In this document: piece by piece, positions 19,245 to 29,474 of the stretch
How the letters are laid out: each line of letters begins with the position of its first letter
Position numbering within the stretch: the stretch's first letter is position 1
Origin: Thermodesulfobacteriota bacterium
GTDB lineage: Bacteria > Desulfobacterota > Syntrophorhabdia > Syntrophorhabdales > JANXAF01
DNA length: 64,000 nucleotides
Direction of reading: 5' to 3'
Assembly (NCBI GenBank): GCA_025062045.1
Contig: JANXAF010000008.1
Coordinates: 13,975-77,974 of the forward strand
Translations under genes and position numbers: made by a program
Notes under the pieces: model-generated
Told to the model about the DNA's origin: nothing
Seen by the model: only the letters and a program-made list of their open reading frames with translations
Databases searched by the model: none

Positions 19245-21236
19245 TCATTTACTTGCCATTGCAACTATTTCTGCCACATCAAAAACCCGCACTTTTCCAG
19301 AGACATTGAGGTCTTTTAATCCATCCTCAAACATCGTCATGCAGTAAGGACAGGATACTGCTATGGTTTGTGGATTTTTTGACAAAGCTTCTTTTGTCCT
19401 TTCTATGTTTACCCTTTTTTCTGGGTCCTCCTCCATCCACATCCTTCCACCGCCTGCACCGCAGCAGAAACTCTTATCGTAATTACGATCCATCTCGTAG
19501 ATCCTTCCTCCTACAGCCTTTTTCAAAAGATTGCGCGGTGCTTCATATATTCCGTTGTACCTCCCTAGGTAGCAAGGGTCATGGAAAATTATCTTTCCCA
19601 GGTGTTTTATTTTTGTAGGATCAAGTTCTATCGCTTTTAAATTATCCCATATGACCTCCGTATAATGGAATACCTCTAATTCCAGTCCGTACTGCTTATA
19701 GTCGTTTTTTAACGTCGAGTAACAGTGGGGACAGTAACAGATGATCTTTTTAACGTTATATTTTTTGAAGGTTTCTACGTTCTGGATCGCGAGTTTCTCA
19801 AAGAGGTATTCGTTTCCAAGGCGCCTTGCGGAATCGCCGCAGCATTTTTCTTCCACCCCTAAAATCCCAAAATCTACTCCCATATGATTTAAAGTATCTG
19901 CGACAGAAACCGCAACCCTCTTTGTTCTGCTGTCAAAAGATCCAGCACAACCTACAAAGAAGAGATACTCAGCCTGAACTTCCTGCGAAAGTACCTTTAC
20001 ATCCAACCCCTTTGCCCATTTAATCCGTTCGGAAGGAGCCATGCCCCAAGGGTTAAACCTCTGTTCCATCCCCTCAAAAAGCACAATGAGTTCCTGGGGA
20101 AAATCACACAGGTTTTCAACAAGATGGCGTCTCATCTTTATTATCTTTGGTACATGTTCAATAAAGACTGGACAGTTCCCCATACAGGCAGCGCATGTGG
20201 TACATGACCAAATTGACTCAACACCAATCGTAGCAGGGTGATCTTCGTCTTTACCGATAAGAGGCACAAGCTCGGCTTCTGGGGCTTTGTATCTTATCCG
20301 ATCACCATTCCAAATAAGGTTCATTTTCCCCTTGTAAATTACGATTCTTGGATTGAGGGGTTTTTTTGTGAGATATGCGGGGCAGTTGGATGTGCAGCGG
20401 CCACATTCAGTACAGGATGTAAAATCCAAAAGATCTTTCCAGGTGAACTGATCTACCCTTGAAACTCCGAACCTTTTTCCCCGTCTGAACTCTTCCCTTG
20501 GCACCGTTTTTATTAGCTCAAAAGACCTAAAAAAAATGTTGGGAATCGAAGTCAGAATGTGGAGGTGCTTACTATACGGAACGTAGTTGAGGAAGAATAG
20601 TAGAATCATTGCGTGAAACCACCAGCATATCCTTTCAAAAACAGAAAGTGAATCAGAAAAGAAAGATAAAAGGAGAGGAGCGACCAAATTCTCACTTATC
20701 GGCATAAAATGGGCTTCCTTTTTGCCCTGGGCTATCTCTGCACCGTGAGTACCGAAAAAGGCGAGCATAAGCCCCGCAACAAGTCCAAGGATCAAAAGCG
20801 CATCCTTACTTTTGTAGTCGATATGCGAAGGTTTTAGGACGAGTCGCCTAAAAATGGCGAAAGCGACACATATGAGGACTATTAGGCTTACAATGTCAAA
20901 AGCCACTAAGAGAACATTGTAGATATATGGGCCAAATAGCACCAATGAAAAGCCGGGAAAGAGTCCTCCTATTAAAAATTCCACGTTTGCTATAATCAAG
21001 ATCATAAACCCCCAGAAAAGAAAAAAATGATTTATCCCGAAAGGTTCTCTTAAAGCACATCTTTGTCCAAATACATGCCATATTGTACTGATCAACCGTT
21101 TGGTCAGATCTTTATTTATCCTCTGTTCTTTCTGTCCTATGCGTATAAATCTTATGAGCCTAGTCACTGAAAGAGCAAAAGAAAAGATTGCAATTGTAAG
21201 TACGATTGCAAAAATGACTACCTCTTTCTGTGACAT
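19245..21236 (-). CDS. Membrane-bound Fe-S oxidoreductase: N-terminal multi-TM (NarI/DsrM-like) domain fused to 2x[4Fe-4S] ferredoxin and two CCG (HdrD/DsrK/GlpC-like) domains; candidate ETF:menaquinone oxidoreductase
   Basis: 663 aa with ~5-6 N-terminal TM helices ending in YSKHLH. Contains CTECGRCTSNCP and CTTCAACMGNCP, then CCG-type motifs (VGCAGSFD, EKCCGDS, HDPCYLGR, SFCCGAGGG). Lies directly downstream of etfBA. Confidence 0.75.
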   Translation of the reverse strand: MSQKEVVIFAIVLTIAIFSFALSVTRLIRFIRIGQKEQRINKDLTKRLISTIWHVFGQRCALREPFGINHFFLFWGFMILIIANVEFLIGGLFPGFSLVLFGPYIYNVLLVAFDIVSLIVLICVAFAIFRRLVLKPSHIDYKSKDALLILGLVAGLMLAFFGTHGAEIAQGKKEAHFMPISENLVAPLLLSFFSDSLSVFERICWWFHAMILLFFLNYVPYSKHLHILTSIPNIFFRSFELIKTVPREEFRRGKRFGVSRVDQFTWKDLLDFTSCTECGRCTSNCPAYLTKKPLNPRIVIYKGKMNLIWNGDRIRYKAPEAELVPLIGKDEDHPATIGVESIWSCTTCAACMGNCPVFIEHVPKIIKMRRHLVENLCDFPQELIVLFEGMEQRFNPWGMAPSERIKWAKGLDVKVLSQEVQAEYLFFVGCAGSFDSRTKRVAVSVADTLNHMGVDFGILGVEEKCCGDSARRLGNEYLFEKLAIQNVETFKKYNVKKIICYCPHCYSTLKNDYKQYGLELEVFHYTEVIWDNLKAIELDPTKIKHLGKIIFHDPCYLGRYNGIYEAPRNLLKKAVGGRIYEMDRNYDKSFCCGAGGGRMWMEEDPEKRVNIERTKEALSKNPQTIAVSCPYCMTMFEDGLKDLNVSGKVRVFDVAEIVAMASK

Positions 21237-21275
21237 GATAAAACTCCCACGCGTTTATTTATTTTTATTGAAGGA

Positions 21276-22625
21276 CTATTCCCCTACGGCACAGACTTTT
21301 TTATTCATAAGTTCCCTAAGACGTCTCGTAAGGATAGGTACTATCTGGAAGAGGTCACCTACTATCCCGTAATGGGCCACCTCAAATATGGGTGCATCTC
21401 TGTCCCTATTTATGGCTATTATGATTTGAGAGTCCTGCATACCAACGAGATGCTGAATGGCTCCTGAGATTCCACAGGCTATGTATATCTTAGGCCTTAC
21501 GGTCTTTCCAGTTTGCCCTACCTGCCTTTCGTAAGGTACCCATCCCGCATCCACAGCCGCCCTTGACGCCGATACGGTACCACCTAATACCTCCGCTAGT
21601 TCTTCGAGAAGTTTGAAGTTTTCAGCCGCTTGTAGACCTCTTCCACCGGAAACCAGTATTTCCGCACCAGATATATCTATGGTTTGAACTGCTTCCTCCC
21701 GTGTGATCTCCAAAACTTTAACCTTTATTTCTTCTTCCCTTAAGGCAATCTCTTCTCTTATAATCTCACCCTTTGCGTTTGGATTTTTTGGCGGCATAGG
21801 CATAACATGCGGTCTTACTGATGCCATCTGTGGTCTATGGTTCCGCGTAAGTATCGTTGCCATAATATTCCCACCAAATGCAGGTCGGGTCTGCTCCAAA
21901 AGCCTTGTCTCTTTGTCTATAGTGAGGCCGGTACAGTCTGCGGTAAGACCAGTCTCGAGCTCGGTCGCAACCGCTCCCGCAAGATCACGCCCCAACCCCG
22001 TAGCTCCCATAAGTACGATTTCTGGTTTGTACTTCCTTATTAGGTAGACCGTAGCTTTTAAGTAAGGTTCAGTTCTATAGTGTTTTAGGACAGGGTTGTC
22101 TATAAGATAAACTTTCTGTGCCCCGTATGTGAATGCCTCGTAAGCAAGATGCTCTATTTCGTGTCCGAGAATAAAGGCGCTCAACTCCACATCAAGGTCT
22201 TTTGCGAGTTTTGATCCGACACCCAAAAGCTCCCAGCTTACTGTCGCGGCACATCCGAACTCCTGCTCCACAAATACCCAGACCCCCCGATACTCATTCA
22301 GCCCTTTGACTTTTAGATCCAGTTTTTCTTCCGGCTCCTCTTTCCAAAGCCCTCTACTTTTTAATTCCTCTATGATCTTCAGTTCTTCCTCAGTGTAAAA
22401 GTGCTCTATTGCGTCAACCGGGCATACTTTTATGCACCTTTTGCAACCTATACATGCGTCGAGTGATATGATTGGTTCGCCCTTGTCATTCATTACGATC
22501 GCATCGGCCGGGCACTCGGCCTGGCATCTGGCTCCGCAAGCTATGCATTTATTCTCGATAAGTCTTACCTTTCCTCTTGGTTTTTTTACTCTTTCTCTTT
22601 TTTCTTCCAGTCCCATATCTTTCAC
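21276..22625 (-). CDS. etfA: Electron transfer flavoprotein alpha subunit with N-terminal 2x[4Fe-4S] ferredoxin domain
   Basis: 449 aa. N-terminus has CIACGARCQAECP and CIGCKRCIKVCP. The C-terminal half has the ETF-alpha FAD-binding signature (SASRAAVDAGW, QVGQTGKTV.P, YIACGISGAIQH). Confidence 0.85.
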   Translation of the reverse strand: MKDMGLEEKRERVKKPRGKVRLIENKCIACGARCQAECPADAIVMNDKGEPIISLDACIGCKRCIKVCPVDAIEHFYTEEELKIIEELKSRGLWKEEPEEKLDLKVKGLNEYRGVWVFVEQEFGCAATVSWELLGVGSKLAKDLDVELSAFILGHEIEHLAYEAFTYGAQKVYLIDNPVLKHYRTEPYLKATVYLIRKYKPEIVLMGATGLGRDLAGAVATELETGLTADCTGLTIDKETRLLEQTRPAFGGNIMATILTRNHRPQMASVRPHVMPMPPKNPNAKGEIIREEIALREEEIKVKVLEITREEAVQTIDISGAEILVSGGRGLQAAENFKLLEELAEVLGGTVSASRAAVDAGWVPYERQVGQTGKTVRPKIYIACGISGAIQHLVGMQDSQIIIAINRDRDAPIFEVAHYGIVGDLFQIVPILTRRLRELMNKKVCAVGE

Positions 22626-22630
22626 TACTC

Positions 22631-23458
22631 CTAGAGAGGAAGAATGTCTTTTTCGATAAGCTTTTCTAACAAGAGCTCAACCGCTCCTTCCGGATCGGCT
22701 TCTCCATCGCCTAGAATCTCTCCCCTTTTCCTCTCAGGTGCAAAGATCCGTTTTACATTTGTTGGGGAACCTTTAAGTCCTATTTTGTCCTCCGGCAGAT
22801 TAAGAACTGAGTTACTCCAAACTGGAATCTCTGCTTCTTCCGCCTCGAGAGCCCTTAAAACCGTAAAGTAACGCGGGGTATTTATCTCTCTTACTACTGT
22901 AAGGAGTGCTGGTAGACTTGCTCTAACTATCTCTTTTCTTCCTTCGAGCTTCCTTCTTACCGTGATCGTGTATTGAACTAAATCAATGTCAAGTATTTTG
23001 TCCACAAGTGTTAGCTGAGAGAACCTAAGTCTTGTCGCTATGCCTGGGCCGACTTGAGCGGTATCTCCATCTATCGTTTGTTTGCCACATATTACAAGAT
23101 CGACTCTCCCATACTCAGCCATAATCTTCTTTATAGCTTCTGCGAGGACAAGGCTTGTGGCAAGGGTATCTGCACCCGCAAATTTTATGTCAGAAAGAAG
23201 TATAGCCTCATCCACGCCCATCGCTAAACATCTTTTCAGTGTGTATATCGCATTGGGAGGTCCCATAGATATGGCTATAACTTTACAGCCAAAGGCGTCT
23301 TTAATCCTTAAGGCCTCTTCCACAGCGTGGGTATCGAAAGGATTCATAATGAAAGGAACGCCTTCTCTTATTAAGGTTCCGGTATTTGGATCGACCCGAA
23401 CCTGCGTTGTGTCAGGAACCTGTTTCACTGCAACTACGATTCTATTTAGTGTTCTCAT
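22631..23458 (-). CDS. etfB: Electron transfer flavoprotein beta subunit
   Basis: 275 aa. N-terminus has the VAVKQVPD motif, and the DLVICGKQTIDGDTAQVGP region is typical of EtfB. Confidence 0.85.
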   Translation of the reverse strand: MRTLNRIVVAVKQVPDTTQVRVDPNTGTLIREGVPFIMNPFDTHAVEEALRIKDAFGCKVIAISMGPPNAIYTLKRCLAMGVDEAILLSDIKFAGADTLATSLVLAEAIKKIMAEYGRVDLVICGKQTIDGDTAQVGPGIATRLRFSQLTLVDKILDIDLVQYTITVRRKLEGRKEIVRASLPALLTVVREINTPRYFTVLRALEAEEAEIPVWSNSVLNLPEDKIGLKGSPTNVKRIFAPERKRGEILGDGEADPEGAVELLLEKLIEKDILPL

Positions 23459-23467
23459 GCTAAGCGT

Positions 23468-23496
23468 TTTTTATCACACGAACCTCCATGTGTCAA
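23468..23496 (-). promoter_or_regulatory. Putative etfBA promoter close to the start codon
   Basis: Minus strand: TTGACA (23496..23491), 17 nt, TAAAAA (23473..23468), 9 nt, ATG at 23458. No SD. An alternative -10 reading is TGtGATAAA. Confidence 0.3.
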
Positions 23497-23590
23497 TGAT
23501 TTGGGCTTGTAATTCATCTGCATGAGGTTTCAGTTTCGGATCCAATTGACAGAAAAATAGGAGATGTTGTAGAGAAAAGGCCAGACTTCC

Positions 23591-24559
23591 ATGGAGAAAA
23601 TGAAGATCCTTATTACGGGTGGATGCGGATTTATAGGTTCGCATGTAGTAGACTTCTACATTGAATTGGGCCACGATGTTGCAATCGTTGACAACCTCTC
23701 TACAGGAAAGATTGAAAACAAAAATCCCAAAGCCCGCTTCTACCACGTAGATATAACAGACGATGCGCTAAAAGACGTTTTTGAAGCAGAAAATCCTGAT
23801 GTTGTTAATCATCATGCGGCTCAGATATCTGTTCCTTATTCAGTAGAAAATCCTTTATTCGATGCGAAAGTGAACATCGAAGGCACAATAAGGCTTTTGG
23901 AACTTTCAAGAAAGTACAGAATAAAAAAGTTCATATTCGCATCAACGGGTGGTGCCATATACGGGGAAACAAGCGTAGTTCCAACAGATGAGGACTTAAC
24001 TCCTGATCCAAGATCGCCATATGCGGTGTCTAAACTTGCGTGCGAAAGATATATTCTCTTCTACTATTATCACTACGGCCTCAATTTCACCATTTTGAGA
24101 TACAGTAACGTTTACGGGCCTAGACAGATCCCCCACGGAGAAGCAGGCGTTGTTGCGATATTCATCGAAAAGCTCCTTCGCAAAGAAAGGCCTGTTCTTT
24201 ACCATTATCCCGAAGACGAAGACGGAATGGTAAGGGATTACGTATACGTTAAGGATGTGGCAAAAGCGAATGTACTTGCAACGTTTTCCGGAAAGAATGG
24301 GATCTACAACATAAGTACCGGCACTGGAACGAAAACGATTAAGCTCTACAACCAAATTCTTGAAGCTTTAACCGAAAGGGGTTTGGAGATAAGCAAAGAA
24401 TTGAAGGAACCGATAAGGGCTTTTGCGAGACCTGGAGATCTGAAAGTGAGTGTTCTAAGTCCAAAAAAGGCAAAAGAGGAGCTTAGTTGGCACCCAGAGC
24501 ATGACCTTCCTCTGGGACTGAGAAAGACCTTAACGTGGTATCTGGATGGTAAGGATTAA
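23591..24559 (+). CDS. NAD-dependent epimerase/dehydratase (extended SDR, UDP-glucose 4-epimerase-like)
   Basis: 322 aa with ILITGGCGFIGSH (Rossmann) and the YAVSK catalytic motif. Confidence 0.85.
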   Translation: MEKMKILITGGCGFIGSHVVDFYIELGHDVAIVDNLSTGKIENKNPKARFYHVDITDDALKDVFEAENPDVVNHHAAQISVPYSVENPLFDAKVNIEGTIRLLELSRKYRIKKFIFASTGGAIYGETSVVPTDEDLTPDPRSPYAVSKLACERYILFYYYHYGLNFTILRYSNVYGPRQIPHGEAGVVAIFIEKLLRKERPVLYHYPEDEDGMVRDYVYVKDVAKANVLATFSGKNGIYNISTGTGTKTIKLYNQILEALTERGLEISKELKEPIRAFARPGDLKVSVLSPKKAKEELSWHPEHDLPLGLRKTLTWYLDGKD

Positions 24560-25277
24560 ATTTTTAGGAACGGGGACTTCTTATCCAACCTCCAAAAGGG
24601 TTTCATCCTCGTGCCTTATCTTCGTCGACGAGAAGAAGTTACTCCTCGATATCGGTCCTGGCGTACTTCGCAGGCTCACTGAGATGAATATCCCACTGGA
24701 GGAAATAGATATCGTTTTTCTCACACATTTCCATGTGGACCACTCTTCCGACCTTCCCGCATTTCTTTTCTCCTCCAATTATGGCATGGGACCCAGAAAA
24801 AGACCCCTTTTTATAATCGGTGGTGATGGCGTAAAGTCCTTTTTTTCAAAACTTTGTAAGGCTTATCCTTGGATTAAACCGAAAACCTATACCTTAACGA
24901 TCTTAAAACTTGTCAACCGAAGTTATGAGTGGAACGGGATCTTAATAAGTACAAAGAGGGTAAACCACAATAAAGAAAGTATAGCCATCCGATTGGATAC
25001 TTCTGTTTCTCTAGTATTTACCGGGGATACGGATTTTTCTAAGAACTTGATCGAAATTTCTAGAGGCGTTGATCTTCTCATTACCGAATGCTCTTTTCCT
25101 CGGACGAAGATTAAAGGCCATATGAACCTTGAAACAGTAAAAAAGGTAGTTTGTAAGGCAAAGCCTAAGGAAGTCATTTTGACACATCTCTACCCTGAAT
25201 GGGATGAAATCAAATGTGACAAGCTTGCGCCTTTTAGACTCGCCGAAGATGGGATGGAGATAGTTTTTGGTGACTAG
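24546..25277 (+). CDS. MBL-fold metallo-hydrolase (RNase Z/ElaC-like)
   Basis: 243 aa with THFHVDHSSD (H-x-H-x-D-H). 14-nt overlap with the epimerase gene. Confidence 0.75.
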   Translation: MVRIKFLGTGTSYPTSKRVSSSCLIFVDEKKLLLDIGPGVLRRLTEMNIPLEEIDIVFLTHFHVDHSSDLPAFLFSSNYGMGPRKRPLFIIGGDGVKSFFSKLCKAYPWIKPKTYTLTILKLVNRSYEWNGILISTKRVNHNKESIAIRLDTSVSLVFTGDTDFSKNLIEISRGVDLLITECSFPRTKIKGHMNLETVKKVVCKAKPKEVILTHLYPEWDEIKCDKLAPFRLAEDGMEIVFGD

Positions 25278-25528
25278 TCAAGATAAGGCACCTTTTCATC
25301 CTCTTTATCAACACTCATGCTCTGAACCCTTTTTATCTCTTTGAGCTTCATCCATATGATGACAATGAGAGCTAAAATGAAGATCCAAAATAGAGCCAAC
25401 GATTGGTAAATAATGTATCTGTCGAAGGGCCTTTCTGGCATAAGAGGGATCACCTCACTAGCGTAACCCAAATGGGGCCAAAATAGAGAAACTGTAAGTA
25501 AAATGACACTAACAATCAAAAAGCTCAT
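25274..25528 (-). CDS. Small two-TM membrane protein, last gene of the sdh-Rieske-cytochrome b operon
   Basis: 84 aa with two hydrophobic helices and an acidic C-terminus. No CxxCH. ATGA overlap with the cytochrome b stop. Confidence 0.5.
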   Translation of the reverse strand: MSFLIVSVILLTVSLFWPHLGYASEVIPLMPERPFDRYIIYQSLALFWIFILALIVIIWMKLKEIKRVQSMSVDKEDEKVPYLD

Positions 25529-26625
25529 GTCACAAACCCGAGTATGGTCATAACGATAAAATAAACGAGGTAAAAAGTTCCAATAGCGGTATATACAGGG
25601 CTTTTCTCACCCATACTCGATTTTCTATCGAAAAAGGGGATAAGGAGGAAAAATAGTATCGCAAGAGTGACAAGAGTTACCGCCACAGTTTCTCCGTTAA
25701 GTCCTAAAACCTCTCCAGGAAAGATTTTTAACGTTTGAAACAAAAAGAGGAAATACCATTCTGGCTTTATATTTTCAGGCGGAGGGGCGTACGGATCAGC
25801 CTTCTTTCCGAGAGATGGGGGAAAAAGAACGGAAAGTGTCACAAGAATCCCTAAAAAGATCAGCCAGATCATGAGATCTTTCAAAAATACGTTAGGAAAG
25901 AAAGGAATTTTGTCCACCCTTTTCCCTTCAAGAGAAAGAGGAACGCTCATTCCGTGGAATTGAACCAAAGCAATGTGAAAAACTACTAGAAAAACTGTAA
26001 TGAGGGGAAGTATACACACATGGAAAGCATAAAATCTCGTCAGAGTCTCTCCCGTAACGTCTGCTCCGCCTCTTAAAAAGACCTTTAGGTATTCCCCGAA
26101 GAGAGGTAGACTACCAGCTCCTCCTGTGGCAACTCTCACAGCCGCAAAAGCCCTTTCATCCCAAATGAGAAGATAACCGCTGAGCCCGAAAAAGATCGTT
26201 ATTCCAAGAAGAAGAACACCGCTTACCCAGATAAGTTCACGAGGTTTTCTGTATGACTTTAGCAAAAGAGTGGTAAAGCAGTGAAAAAAGAGGACTCCAA
26301 TGAGAAGCTGGGCACCCCAATGGTGTAAAGACCGGAAAAGCCAACCGAAGTTGAGCTTGGTGATGATATCCATTACACTTTTGTTTGCGTGCTCAGGATG
26401 GGGAACGTAGTAAAGCGCAAGAGCAAATCCGGTAAGAAACTGTAAGGCAAACAAAAATAGGGTCAGTCCGCCGAAATAATAGAATATCTCGTACCTGTGG
26501 GAAGGGACATATTTCTTTTTAAAGAACCATTTTAGTGACTCAAAATCGTATCTTTCGGAAAACCAGTTTCTAACTTTTTGGCAATTCAACTTTGACTCCT
26601 TTTTTCGCCACAATGAGCTTTTCAT
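25525..26625 (-). CDS. Cytochrome b of a Rieske/cytochrome b complex (b6-like core fused to a subunit-IV-like C-terminal part)
   Basis: The ORF is 366 aa. Helix-B His pair is H-x13-H (LHHWGAQLLIGVLFFH) and helix-D His pair is H-x14-H (FHVCILPLITVFLVVFH). A PEWY motif is present (KPEWYFLF). The likely true start is TTG at 26589, preceded by AAGGAG 6 nt upstream, giving (M)NCQKVRNWFSERY. Confidence 0.85.
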   Translation of the reverse strand: MKSSLWRKKESKLNCQKVRNWFSERYDFESLKWFFKKKYVPSHRYEIFYYFGGLTLFLFALQFLTGFALALYYVPHPEHANKSVMDIITKLNFGWLFRSLHHWGAQLLIGVLFFHCFTTLLLKSYRKPRELIWVSGVLLLGITIFFGLSGYLLIWDERAFAAVRVATGGAGSLPLFGEYLKVFLRGGADVTGETLTRFYAFHVCILPLITVFLVVFHIALVQFHGMSVPLSLEGKRVDKIPFFPNVFLKDLMIWLIFLGILVTLSVLFPPSLGKKADPYAPPPENIKPEWYFLFLFQTLKIFPGEVLGLNGETVAVTLVTLAILFFLLIPFFDRKSSMGEKSPVYTAIGTFYLVYFIVMTILGFVT

Positions 26626-27040
26626 CTTCTATTGTAATATCAAAGAACTCCAAAGGCTTAGGTGGTGGACCCTCTATGTTCTTCCCATCCTCATCGAACC
26701 AGCCTTTGTGGCAGGCGCAGTAAAACTTCTTCAGCTCCGGTTTGTAGGTGATATTACAGTCCATATGCGTACACACACCTTTGAGAGCGTAAAGTGTTCC
26801 ATCGCTCTTTTTAAATATGAGCCCCAGTTTTGCACCCCAAGGGAAAGGTTTTGTGGAATTATTCGGGATATTCAAAAAATCCTTCGCGTTAAGTACGACA
26901 AAGTCGGGCTCCCTTCCCAAGCTCGGATAAATAAACTTTAAAAGAGGGTACAGGGACCCCAAACAAAAAGCCACAAACCATCCTGAAAAGAGCGTATTTA
27001 AAAAAGTTCTTCTTGTGATTATCGATTGCTCTAACCTCAT
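26570..27040 (-). CDS. Rieske [2Fe-2S] protein with twin-arginine signal/anchor
   Basis: 156 aa. TRRTFL Tat motif plus a hydrophobic helix. Rieske boxes CTHMDC and CACHKGWF. ATGA overlap with the sdhB stop. Confidence 0.85.
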   Translation of the reverse strand: MRLEQSIITRRTFLNTLFSGWFVAFCLGSLYPLLKFIYPSLGREPDFVVLNAKDFLNIPNNSTKPFPWGAKLGLIFKKSDGTLYALKGVCTHMDCNITYKPELKKFYCACHKGWFDEDGKNIEGPPPKPLEFFDITIEDEKLIVAKKGVKVELPKS

Positions 27041-27771
27041 TTTCTGTCCTTTCCAAAAAGTCTCAACTTAATGAGCCTTTTTCTGAGATTCACTATGGAA
27101 TCCGTAGGTCTCACATTTTTTGGACAGGCTTCGATACACTTCAAAACAGTATCACAGCCCCAAAGACCGTGTGGATTATCAAATTCGAGAAGGTCGGACA
27201 GGGGTCTTTCATCCCTTGAATCACTGATAAAACGCTCAAGCTTTGCGAAAGCGTGCGGTCCAAGATATTCCGGATCGCGGGCGACAACAGGACACGCACT
27301 GTAGCAAGAAGCGCAAAGTATGCAGTTTACGAACTGGTCTATTCTCTTCCTCTCCTCTTCACTCTGCGGTAACTCTTTTTGGGGCGACGGAGTTTTTCTT
27401 ATGAGGTACGGCTTTACTCTTTCGTACATCCTCCAAAAGGGGGTCATATCGACAACCAGATCTTTTATGATATCTAAATTCGGCAAGGGCTCTAGGATTA
27501 TTGTTTTTTCGTCGAATTTCGAGACCTGCGTTCTACACGCAAGATCTATCTTTCCGTTTATAACCATTGCACAGGAACCACACACTGCACTTCGACAAGA
27601 GGACCTAAAAGCGAGTGTGCCGTCTATCTCATCCCGTATCCTTAATAGCACCATAAGAACAGTGAGACCAGGCTCCACCCTAACATCGTAAGTTTGAAAG
27701 TATGGACCACTTTCTCGCTCGGATGGGTCGTATCTAAATATTTTGAACCTATATACGTTCTCCCCTCTCAA
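27037..27771 (-). CDS. sdhB: Succinate dehydrogenase / fumarate reductase iron-sulfur subunit
   Basis: 244 aa with [22 protein letters not shown] (2Fe-2S), [12 protein letters not shown] (4Fe-4S) and [12 protein letters not shown] (3Fe-4S). TTG start overlaps the sdhA stop (TTGA), with GGAGAGGG upstream. Confidence 0.9.
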   Translation of the reverse strand: MRGENVYRFKIFRYDPSERESGPYFQTYDVRVEPGLTVLMVLLRIRDEIDGTLAFRSSCRSAVCGSCAMVINGKIDLACRTQVSKFDEKTIILEPLPNLDIIKDLVVDMTPFWRMYERVKPYLIRKTPSPQKELPQSEEERKRIDQFVNCILCASCYSACPVVARDPEYLGPHAFAKLERFISDSRDERPLSDLLEFDNPHGLWGCDTVLKCIEACPKNVRPTDSIVNLRKRLIKLRLFGKDRK

Positions 27772-29474
27772 TACACCCTCTCCACAGGCTCAAACCTCGT
27801 TATTATCACGTCTTTATATGAGACTTCCGGTTCCCCATCCTCATTGAATTTGAATACCGTGTGTTTTAGCCAATTCTTATCATCTCTTTTCTCCCAGTCC
27901 CTCCTGAAATGAGCGCCCCTGCTTTCTTTTCTAAGGTAAGCACCAAGTGCAATTGTATGGGCCACATCTAGCATGAATTCGAGTTCTAAGGCTCCCGTAA
28001 GTTCATAATTGAAAGCTCTTCTCCTCGAGCTTACTTTTACGTTCTTGTATCTCTCTTTCAGCTCCATGATCTTCGTTAAAGCAAATTTTAGCTGTTCCTC
28101 GGTTCTGAAAATTCCCACATACTCGCTCATCGTCTTACTCAGTTCCACTTGAATCTTTGAAGCCTTCTCGCCTTCGCCATTCATAAGCCTTTCTATCTTT
28201 TTTTCCAACCTTTTCTTTTCCTCTAACAAAAGCCCTCGGTCAGGTTTTACTTCGTTCCCACAAAGATACTCCGATATGGATTCTGAGGCTATCTTTCCGA
28301 ATACTACAGTTTCCAAAAGAGAATTCCCGCCAAGTCTATTTGCACCATGAACACTCACGCACGCACATTCTCCCGCTGCAAAAAAATTTCTAAGTGCTGT
28401 TTCACATTTCTCATTAGTATCTATTCCTCCCATGGAATAATGTTGACAGGGCATTACCGGTATTGGTTCGTACACTGGATCTATACCTAAGAAGTCAAGA
28501 CAAATGCTTCTTATGCCCGGTAACCTCTCCATTATCTTTTTTTCTCCGAGATGCCTCAGGTCTAGTAAAACGTATTTACCATGGGGGTGGTCGAATCCTC
28601 TTCCCTCTTCTATCTCTGTCTGAATGCTCCTTGAAACTATGTCTCTGGGAGCGAGTTCCATAGCTATGGGGGCATATTTTTCCATGAATCTTTCGCCAAG
28701 CCTGTTTATAAGGTACCCGCCTTCTCCCCTGCAGGCCTCAGTCATGAGGATGTTCGTCCCTACGAGACCCGTTGGATGGAACTGTACAAATTCCATATCT
28801 TTAAGTGGCACACCCGCCCTATAGGCTATCCCTATACCGGAGCCAGTATTTATGAGCGCATTTGTCGAGTAATAGTAGACCCTTCCGTAGCCACCTGTGG
28901 CAAAAAGCACAGCCTTTGCAGCGCACGGTACAATTTCACCTGTGAGAAGGTCGAAGGCTATCACCCCGTGGCAAGTAATTCCATCACTTACAAGCGCAAA
29001 AACGTACCACTCGGGATAAACTTTAAGCCTTTTTGAAATCGCTCTCTCAAAAAGGGTATGGAGGAGGACGTGTCCTGTAAGGTCAGCAGAATAACAGGTT
29101 CGCGGAAATCCAGCACCTCCGAAAGGTCTCTGGGCAATGGAGCCATCTGGAAATCGACTAAACGGGCAACCCCAGTGCTCAAGCTCGTAAATTGCCCGCG
29201 GAGCATCTTTACACATTATTTCAACTGCGTGCTGGTCTGCTAAATAATCACTTCCTTTTACTGTATCGAACATGTGTTTTTCCCAAGAGTCGTCCCTTCC
29301 CTCTGGGTGATTTCCTAAAGACGCGTTTATTCCACCTTGGGCTGCAACCGAATGTGAACGAAGGGGATAGACTTTCGAAATCAAACCAACATCGTATTTC
29401 TCGCAAAGACCCACCGCCGCTCTGAGTCCCGCAAGACCGCCTCCTACTATTATTACTTCGTGCTCAATCATCAA
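27768..29474 (-). CDS. sdhA: Succinate dehydrogenase / fumarate reductase flavoprotein subunit
   Basis: 568 aa. Contains [24 protein letters not shown] (covalent-FAD His), [16 protein letters not shown] and HYSMGG. No signal peptide. Confidence 0.95.
   Translation of the reverse strand: MMIEHEVIIVGGGLAGLRAAVGLCEKYDVGLISKVYPLRSHSVAAQGGINASLGNHPEGRDDSWEKHMFDTVKGSDYLADQHAVEIMCKDAPRAIYELEHWGCPFSRFPDGSIAQRPFGGAGFPRTCYSADLTGHVLLHTLFERAISKRLKVYPEWYVFALVSDGITCHGVIAFDLLTGEIVPCAAKAVLFATGGYGRVYYYSTNALINTGSGIGIAYRAGVPLKDMEFVQFHPTGLVGTNILMTEACRGEGGYLINRLGERFMEKYAPIAMELAPRDIVSRSIQTEIEEGRGFDHPHGKYVLLDLRHLGEKKIMERLPGIRSICLDFLGIDPVYEPIPVMPCQHYSMGGIDTNEKCETALRNFFAAGECACVSVHGANRLGGNSLLETVVFGKIASESISEYLCGNEVKPDRGLLLEEKKRLEKKIERLMNGEGEKASKIQVELSKTMSEYVGIFRTEEQLKFALTKIMELKERYKNVKVSSRRRAFNYELTGALELEFMLDVAHTIALGAYLRKESRGAHFRRDWEKRDDKNWLKHTVFKFNEDGEPEVSYKDVIITRFEPVERVY

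Noticed and set aside
23474-23746. 90-aa minus-strand ORF overlapping the etfB/epimerase divergent spacer and the epimerase 5' end
   Set aside because: It overlaps the Rossmann-fold N-terminus of the epimerase in antisense and covers the promoter region. It has no motif support.
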